Virus record (IMG/VR): IMGVR_UViG_3300035670_013237
Span: 1 to 32,000 of that record
Length of the DNA stretch: 32,000 nucleotides
Direction: 5' to 3' (one strand)
Source of the DNA: a virus
Part shown: piece by piece, positions 10,101-14,568 of the stretch
Layout: every line of letters starts with the position of its first letter
Position numbering within the stretch: the first letter of the stretch is position 1
The notes under the pieces: model-generated
Seen by the model: the letters and a program-made list of their open reading frames with translations, nothing else
The model's database searches: none
What the model was told of the DNA's origin: nothing
Translations under genes and position numbers: made by a program

Positions 10101-10158
10101 CCGGTCCATCGAGTTCGTTTCGCTCGACTTCGTGGTGACCAACAACATCGCCGAGTAA
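7150..10158 (+). CDS. tail sheath protein, paralogue 2 (T4 gp18-like, 1002 aa)
   Basis: RBS AGGGAG. It carries the same three signature blocks as paralogue 1: GVPAGVIGTALKGPAFVPVTVGTISDFYAKFG; SPWVISQ...LYKISIEN...IIVRDWRDRD...RYIAKVIGD; and GYPWFAPAGTTRGAL...WGQKTLQ...SALDRVNVRRLLIEIRR. Confidence 0.9.
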   Translation: MAQVNQGSAGVTATEIDFSGPLTQTPTGVPAGVIGTALKGPAFVPVTVGTISDFYAKFGTTDGKKFGPLAVAEWMRNANAVTYLRVLGAGEGGARDVDGSVARAGFAVGAELPDSDGVITSNSFANAGGPDGRTYFLGAFMSESLGSSVFSSAGLQGVGGVTPNPQSAVPIIRGVVMAPSGVILRLSASFDTTNTSDAPASSYVADDATAQGNIVGDVRLEEGGLAKQEFVMILNGHIGADVNYSNVITASFDPTAGNYFANIFNKDPYKIQDAGHFLYANWDIHPSTAAVTGTVLVGSAYGADLQNGLEPSAFLTTSSLTYNSGSTEVPNYEGFEDRFGHARSPWVISQRFGGSPANLFKLHAIDAGAGVSNLYKISIENITPSPDATNKFGSFDIIVRDWRDRDGALQPLEKFRGVNLDPRSDRYIAKVIGDAHVFFDFDRDIGAQAVVVEGNYPARSNYIRVEVDSGVETGTVDPTALPLGFRGIAHLVTSGSMPLASNDCDSTLSSADLVKRAVTPPLPMRSNITRGSGGRVQASPSFFWGTQFEHVVTLTDTNSSTLKNDSLNSFVKYFPDYSTQYANFVAGDNTGAVDTAALGIIDADRFCNNLFTLENVQVVTGSNTLADVNKWANATYVRRGNIVADAAAKTRALKVDDLTLRVNRRLAKFTFPLQGGFDGVNLFNRETAELTNNAVTADMDNTARGLQDGATVKAYTKALEIMKNTVNTDIQLLAIPGIRHESVTDRAADAVRDRFDALYIMDVRQYDDNVTEVTSSAQTPSVTYTAQEFSSRTLDNSFAAAYFPDVVLQDPTTRESLVVPPSVAVLGALALNDRVGYPWFAPAGTTRGALPTVTRANVPLSKLNMDTLYDVNINPLVALQPDSGVVVWGQKTLQAAASALDRVNVRRLLIEIRRQVRDIAQTILFEPNRAATLARFTAAVTPRLQRIQALAGLDRFKVIIDSSTTTQADVENNTVRGKIFVQPTRSIEFVSLDFVVTNNIAE

Positions 10159-10165
10159 TGGCAGT

Positions 10166-10186
10166 GCGGGGTCCTTGTGGCCCCGC
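10166..10186 (+). terminator. GC-rich hairpin directly after sheath paralogue 2 (no U-tract)
   Basis: GCGGGGTC / GGCCCCGC forms an 8-bp stem including one G-U pair, with loop CTTGT. It is followed by GGTTCAAAGC, so it may be a stability or processing hairpin rather than a strong terminator. Confidence 0.4.
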
Positions 10187-10200
10187 GGTTCAAAGCACAC

Positions 10201-10251
10201 CCAATGAAAATTTCCAAAAAATTCTTTGAGGTTTTCATTGGTTGATTTTTT
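10201..10251 (+). terminator. long AT-rich inverted repeat followed by a T-run
   Basis: CCAATGAAAA (10201-10210) and TTTTCATTGG (10232-10241) form a perfect 10-bp inverted repeat. Partial extra pairing is possible inside the 21-nt spacer. TTGATTTTTT follows. Confidence 0.4.
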
Positions 10252-10342
10252 AGAAATATTCCTAGAGCGCCCGGATGCCCAACGTTAATAACCACATTTT
10301 CAAGTTTGAAGATATTTAGAGACAGGTGACAGGAGATAACAA

Positions 10343-10837
10343 ATGCCAGCAGAGACACTTGACGTAGCCAGCATGCTTCCCAATAAGTTCGAGCCCAAGC
10401 GCAAAACGCGGTGGGTTGTCATGATCGAGGGCATCGACGCGTACATCGCGAAGACGGTCCAGCGTCCCACGATTAATACCGAAGAAGTTGAAATTCCATT
10501 CATCAACAGCCGCCGTTACATCGCAGGCAAGACCAACTTTAACACAATCAGCGTCACGCTCCACGACCCCATCGCCCCCTCGGGCGCCCAGCAGGTGATG
10601 GAATGGGTCCGGACGTGCTATGAGTCGGTGTCAGGCCGCGCAGGCTACGCCGACTTCTACAAGCGTGACATTCAGTTGAAGTTGCTCGATCCCGTCGGCA
10701 CGGTCGTCGAGCTCTGGGATATCAAGGGCGCGTTTGCCACTGAGGTGAATTTTGGCGAGCTCACTTATGAAGGAAACGCGGACCCCGTCGAAATTTCACT
10801 CACACTGAGATTCGACAATGCGGTGCTCCAGTTCTAA
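10343..10837 (+). CDS. tail tube protein, T4 gp19-like
   Basis: RBS AGGAG. At 164 aa it matches the gp19 size. EVEIPFINSRRYIAGKTNFNTISVTL and IKGAFATEVNFGELTYEGNADPVEISLTLRFD parallel T4 gp19 KIPVGFMNRKINVAGDRTFDDWTVTV and IKGLWPTNVGELQLDWDSNNEIQTFEVTLALD. It lies directly downstream of the sheath genes. Confidence 0.8.
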   Translation: MPAETLDVASMLPNKFEPKRKTRWVVMIEGIDAYIAKTVQRPTINTEEVEIPFINSRRYIAGKTNFNTISVTLHDPIAPSGAQQVMEWVRTCYESVSGRAGYADFYKRDIQLKLLDPVGTVVELWDIKGAFATEVNFGELTYEGNADPVEISLTLRFDNAVLQF

Positions 10838-10856
10838 TCTGGAACTGTGCTTCCCC

Positions 10857-10886
10857 AAGGGCCCCTTCATGGGGCCCTTGTTTTTA
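10857..10886 (+). terminator. rho-independent terminator after the tube gene
   Basis: AAGGGCCCC (10857-10865), loop TTCAT, GGGGCCCTT (10871-10879), then GTTTTT. Confidence 0.75.
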
Positions 10887-10933
10887 ATGTGCAGTGATGC
10901 TTCACTCTGGGTTGAACAACTTCTAGGAGTGTA

Positions 10934-10941
10934 CATAAATA
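10934..10941 (+). promoter_or_regulatory. T4-late-type promoter-like box CATAAATA, 6 nt upstream of ATG 10948
   Basis: It matches 7 of 8 positions of the T4 late consensus TATAAATA. No Shine-Dalgarno sequence lies between the box and the ATG. Confidence 0.35.
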
Positions 10942-10947
10942 AACACC

Positions 10948-12600
10948 ATGAGTTATAGCAGAATCGCTTGTCCAATGTGTGATAAGAGCTTTGGGCAAGA
11001 AGCAAGATTCCTGTCACATCTTGCAGGTGAGCATGGGGTGCATGATAGCCTCCAGTTGTACCTAGACACGCACTGCTCTGGGCGACATCCGACATGCAGC
11101 TGCAATCCTGAGTGCCTCGAACGATTAAAGTGGTTGGGCTGGAAGCAAGGATTCACCTCAAAATACGCTCGGGGGCACAACGCGAGGGTGGACTCAATAT
11201 TCTTCAGTGATACACTTCAAAAAGAAATGGCACGAAAGAGGAGAGAAGCCTGCAGCAGTCCGTGGAATGCAGGCCTTACGAAGGAGACATCTGAAAAAGT
11301 TTTGGAGATGAGCAGAAAGATCTCCAGCTCTCTTCTTGAGGGCCACAGTACTGGAAAGATCCAGGATTGGCGCGAGCGGGACCCAACGAGAGCTGTGCAT
11401 GCCGCAGAGAAGATATCGGCAACGAAGAAGAAAAAATTCGCTCTGGGCGCCCTTGTGCCATGGAACAAAGGCTTGTCGAAGGAAACATCTCCCAGCATTG
11501 TGCATGCGGCCCGCAGAATTTCTGAGAGATATGGTTCACCTGGAGCAGGTCGCCGCCTGAAGCCCACTGAGCTGAGGGAGAGGATTGACAGGTTTTCTGA
11601 TAAGTTCCAGCTCGTTTCTTCACTCGAAGACTACAAAACGAGGCGGGTCGATAGGTTGGAATTCTTGTGCAAGAGCTGCGGTGCCCAACAAATGAAGAGT
11701 CTCGCGATGCTGGAGGAGTCGCCTGTTTGCTTCGTGTGCTCGCCCAAGGAGTCTCGCGGGCAGCTAGAACTCTTTGAGCTCGTCAAGGCACTTGCACCTG
11801 ATGCCGTCCTCTCCGACAGAAGTGCCATTTCTCCTAAAGAGCTGGATGTCTGGATTCCCTCAAGACGGTTGGGCATAGAGTATAATGGCCTATACTGGCA
11901 CTCTGCAGCCAACCTGAGTGATCCAGAATATCACGTGAAAAAGATGCATGCCTGCTATGGGGCGAATATCAGCCTTTTTTCAATATATGAAGACGAATGG
12001 CGGAGCAAGAGGCACATCGTCGAGGGCATGATTCGACACAGGCTTGGCCTCCCTGCGAAGAAGCTAGATGCTAGAAAATTGGAGGTCGTGGAGCTGGGCC
12101 CGTCTGTTGCGAGGACCTTCTTTGATGAGAATCACCTCGAGGGCCATGTCGTAGGGATGAAATACTTCGCGTTGCTGGACCCCGCATCTTCAGAGATCAT
12201 GGCTGCGGTCTCCTTGAGAAAGCCCTTTCACAAGAAGTACGAAGGTGCGCTCGAGCTCGGACGGTGCTGCACCCGCGTTAATTACTCAATCAGGGGATGG
12301 CTGGGTAAGCTGACACGTGCAGCCAGGGATTACGCCAAGAGTGTGGGAGCCAACAAGTTAATAACGTATGTTGATCTTAGAGTTGGGATAGGATCAGGAT
12401 ACCAGGCCGCGGGCTGGACTCTCGTGTCAGCTGGAAGTGAACCGCGCTTCTGGTGGACAGACTACACGACGAGGTATAATCGGTTCAAGTTCCGCGCAGA
12501 TTCTAAGAATGGCCTGTCACAAGCCCAAGTTGCGGCCGCAGCAGGCGTTTCACAGATTTTTGGACTTCCAAACTCTTTGTATGCGCTAATCCTCGACTAG
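10948..12600 (+). CDS. free-standing homing-endonuclease-like multidomain protein (C2H2 finger, NUMOD3-like repeats, Vsr/PD-(D/E)XK-like core, unknown C-terminal domain)
   Basis: It contains CPMCDKSFGQEARFLSHLAGEH, a classical C-X2-C-X12-H-X4-H finger. Two repeats, PWNAGLTKETSEKV and PWNKGLSKETSPSI, fit the NUMOD3 DNA-binding pattern. CKSCG...CFVC is a zinc-ribbon-like motif. ELDVWIPSRRLGIEYNGLYWHS fits a Vsr-like nuclease core pattern. GC is lower than in the flanks (42-53% on sample lines) and AGA/AGG Arg codons are frequent. The gene is inserted between conserved tail genes. Confidence 0.7.
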   Translation: MSYSRIACPMCDKSFGQEARFLSHLAGEHGVHDSLQLYLDTHCSGRHPTCSCNPECLERLKWLGWKQGFTSKYARGHNARVDSIFFSDTLQKEMARKRREACSSPWNAGLTKETSEKVLEMSRKISSSLLEGHSTGKIQDWRERDPTRAVHAAEKISATKKKKFALGALVPWNKGLSKETSPSIVHAARRISERYGSPGAGRRLKPTELRERIDRFSDKFQLVSSLEDYKTRRVDRLEFLCKSCGAQQMKSLAMLEESPVCFVCSPKESRGQLELFELVKALAPDAVLSDRSAISPKELDVWIPSRRLGIEYNGLYWHSAANLSDPEYHVKKMHACYGANISLFSIYEDEWRSKRHIVEGMIRHRLGLPAKKLDARKLEVVELGPSVARTFFDENHLEGHVVGMKYFALLDPASSEIMAAVSLRKPFHKKYEGALELGRCCTRVNYSIRGWLGKLTRAARDYAKSVGANKLITYVDLRVGIGSGYQAAGWTLVSAGSEPRFWWTDYTTRYNRFKFRADSKNGLSQAQVAAAAGVSQIFGLPNSLYALILD

Positions 12601-12603
12601 GTT

Positions 12604-12611
12604 GATAATTT
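12604..12611 (+). promoter_or_regulatory. weak late-promoter-like / -10-like box GATAATTT, 5 nt upstream of ATG 12617
   Basis: The geometry is the same as at 29323 (box, 5 nt ending in ACC, then ATG), and no SD is present. Confidence 0.25.
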
Positions 12612-12616
12612 CAACC

Positions 12617-12922
12617 ATGAAGCTAACAATTACCCAACTAAGAAAGATCATCAAAGAAGAGCATGCACTCGCCCTCGCCCACGCGGGCGGCAGGGACCCA
12701 CAGAGATTCTTGCACGGGGAAGATCCGCAAGACAGTGAGGGGAGCATGGCGAAGTCGAAGCTCCTGTCGCTCCGGAGCATGTCACAGAATGTATGTGATA
12801 TTCTCCAGGGAGATGACCAACTTCCAGGTTGGGTGCAAGACCACATCTCGGTGGCACACGAGAACCTGCGCCAAGTTCATGGTTATTTGATGGGCGTCGC
12901 AGGTGGCGCTGACGAGGGTTGA
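12617..12922 (+). CDS. hypothetical protein (101 aa), N-terminus MKLTITQLRKIIKEE
   Basis: I prefer ATG 12617 over the track's TTG at 12602. The pattern MK..T..QLR.IIKEE ... LPGWVQDHI...V.GYL resembles a small-protein family of unknown function that I recall from marine T4-like phages; this rests on memory only. Confidence 0.55.
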   Translation: MKLTITQLRKIIKEEHALALAHAGGRDPQRFLHGEDPQDSEGSMAKSKLLSLRSMSQNVCDILQGDDQLPGWVQDHISVAHENLRQVHGYLMGVAGGADEG

Positions 12923-12989
12923 TAGATATGGGTGCTGGGGATCGCTAATTCTCCCTGTCACCTAAATTGGCGATGGCGATTTTTCCGGC

Positions 12990-13016
12990 AGGCTCCCGCG
13001 GTGGGAGCCTTTTTTA
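12990..13016 (+). terminator. rho-independent terminator
   Basis: AGGCTCCC (12990-12997), loop GCGGT, GGGAGCCT (13003-13010), running into TTTTTTATT. Confidence 0.8.
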
Positions 13017-13069
13017 TTGGTTTACGTTTACGCCGCTAAAATTACTATTCTTGTCATAAGGAAGTTAAA

Positions 13070-13939
13070 ATGGCAGAAGAACGCGAGACACGTAATGAAA
13101 TTTTTAGAGGCAACCATCAGGGCATCGACCCAAGAATCCAGCAGGTGTCGTCCGCCGATCGGGCTCGAATGGACTTCGGCCTCGACATTCCGGTCGAGAC
13201 GATGCCCCTGCCCTCGAATGGTCTGGTCTATCCCGTCGACAGCACACTCCACGGCCGTGAGACTGTGGACATCAAGGCAATGACGGCCCGTGAGGAGGAC
13301 ATTCTCACTTCAAAGGCGTACCTAAAGAAGGGCACGGTCATCACAGAGCTCATCAAGTCGTGCCTCCTCGACAAGAGCATCGATCCTCGTGACCTCCTGA
13401 CGGGCGACAGAAACGCTCTCATGGTGGCAATCAGGATCACTGGGTACGGATCAGACTACGACGCCGAGATCGAGTGCAACGAGTGCTCGACGAAGGCACA
13501 GCACAAGTTCGACCTTGCGGGGTTGCCCCTGAAGCGCCTCCAGATCGCGCCCGTCGCACAGGGCCAGAACATCTTTGAGTTCCTCCTGCCGTACAGCAAG
13601 AAGATCGTCAAGTTCCGCTTCCTGACTGGGCGCGATGAGGAGGAGATCGTCGCCACTGCCGAGAAGCAGAAGAAGCTGGGCCTGTCGGCCGAGGCGAGCG
13701 TCACTACGTCACTGCTGTACTCCATCGTGTCGATCGACGGTGTCGAGGACCGTGCCAAGATTGCGTCATTCGTGAAGATGATGCCGGCCCGAGACTCTCT
13801 GGCACTCCGGAATTACATCAAGGACAATGAGCCAGGCATCCTGATGAGGCAGGAAACGTCGTGTCCTTCATGCGGACACAGCGAGGAGGTGAACATGCCG
13901 CTCGGAGTCACGTTTCTTTGGCCTTCGGCCGGAAGATAA
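13070..13939 (+). CDS. baseplate hub protein, T4 gp26-like (T4_baseplate family pattern)
   Basis: RBS AAGGAAG. LPSNGLVYP...VDIKAMTAREEDILTS...ITELIKSCLLD...IDPRDLLTGDRNALMVAIRITGYGSDYDAEIECNECS fits the gp26/gp51-type hub pattern as I remember it. A second CxxC (CPSCG) lies near the C-terminus. The gene is upstream of the tape measure. Confidence 0.6.
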   Translation: MAEERETRNEIFRGNHQGIDPRIQQVSSADRARMDFGLDIPVETMPLPSNGLVYPVDSTLHGRETVDIKAMTAREEDILTSKAYLKKGTVITELIKSCLLDKSIDPRDLLTGDRNALMVAIRITGYGSDYDAEIECNECSTKAQHKFDLAGLPLKRLQIAPVAQGQNIFEFLLPYSKKIVKFRFLTGRDEEEIVATAEKQKKLGLSAEASVTTSLLYSIVSIDGVEDRAKIASFVKMMPARDSLALRNYIKDNEPGILMRQETSCPSCGHSEEVNMPLGVTFLWPSAGR

Positions 13940-13973
13940 GGCACAGCTCACCCTTGAGCCCATCTTCCTCCTG

Positions 13974-14189
13974 ATGTACTATGGTGGCTTCCTGTACGAG
14001 GAGGCCTACTGGCTCCCCGTGCCGTATCGCACATGGTTCATTGAGAGGATTAGCAAGGAGCTCAATAAGGGCAAAGATGAGGGCGGCGACCCACCATCAA
14101 AGGCACTGCACCACAACACACCTGATGTTAGGGCCTTGCAGGACCGTGCCCGAGCCCAAGTTCCCTCGAGGCTGAGAAGATTCACCTGA
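13974..14189 (+). CDS. hypothetical protein (71 aa); possibly continuous with the gp26-like ORF (see findings)
   Basis: Codons are GC3-rich like the neighbouring genes. No SD is present; the upstream sequence is TTCCTCCTG. The same frame stays open back to 13893, overlapping the 3' end of ORF 13070-13939. Confidence 0.45.
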   Translation: MYYGGFLYEEAYWLPVPYRTWFIERISKELNKGKDEGGDPPSKALHHNTPDVRALQDRARAQVPSRLRRFT

Positions 14190-14192
14190 TGT

Positions 14193-14214
14193 TCACGCGG
14201 CAAGAGCCGCGTGA
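14193..14214 (+). other. perfect 9-bp stem-loop without a U-tract
   Basis: TCACGCGGC (14193-14201), loop AAGA, GCCGCGTGA (14206-14214). It starts 4 nt after the TGA at 14187-14189. Confidence 0.4.
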
Positions 14215-14290
14215 GGCATTAAAGTGTGCTGAAGTTGCGACCCGGGGCATACATAAAAATGAAAACAGCGACATTTTAGGGGTATCCAAC

Positions 14291-14560
14291 ATGGGGAAAG
14301 CTGGCAGCACAAATCTCTTGGGAGAAATTTTTTACGTGACCCTGGGCGCGTGGCTCGTGGGCAGACAACCTGTCACAAAAATTCAGGGCACGCGGCTGCA
14401 GGTCGAGACTGTCACACGCGCGATGGTGGCCACGAGAAATTTTCAAAATGAGCTCCAGCGTCCTGGTGCGACCGTGGGCACGATCTCTGAGAGGCTCGAG
14501 GCCAAAAACGTTGCCGCAATGGAGTTTGAGAAGGTGTTTGGAACATCCTGGCCCCTGTGA
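14291..14560 (+). CDS. hypothetical protein (89 aa) immediately upstream of the tape measure
   Basis: ATG 14291 has AGGGG 10 nt upstream. The track's longer start (ATG 14189, a TGATG overlap) adds 34 codons rich in A/T-ending codons and contains the hairpin, so I prefer the shorter form. The start remains ambiguous. Confidence 0.45.
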   Translation: MGKAGSTNLLGEIFYVTLGAWLVGRQPVTKIQGTRLQVETVTRAMVATRNFQNELQRPGATVGTISERLEAKNVAAMEFEKVFGTSWPL

Positions 14561-14568
14561 GGTAATCT

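Noticed and set aside
9054-10358. A 434-aa minus-strand ORF. Similar long antisense ORFs occur at 15732-16940, 14412-14990, 18781-19521, 15007-15747, 8770-9369, 9472-10200, 24490-25104 and 23610-24185.
   Set aside because: All lie fully antisense to strongly supported plus-strand genes (sheath, tape measure, hub). Their translations are low-complexity and rich in Arg, Ser, Ala and Pro, as expected for the reverse complement of GC3-rich coding sequence. None has an RBS or a recognisable motif.
13021-13048. A sigma70-like promoter: tandem TTTACG TTTACG (13021-13032) with a possible -10 TACTAT (13043-13048).
   Set aside because: Only the first hexamer gives a usable spacer (16 nt). Both hexamers are weak matches, so this cannot be told apart from chance by eye. 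I noted the tandem repeat but did not call it a feature.
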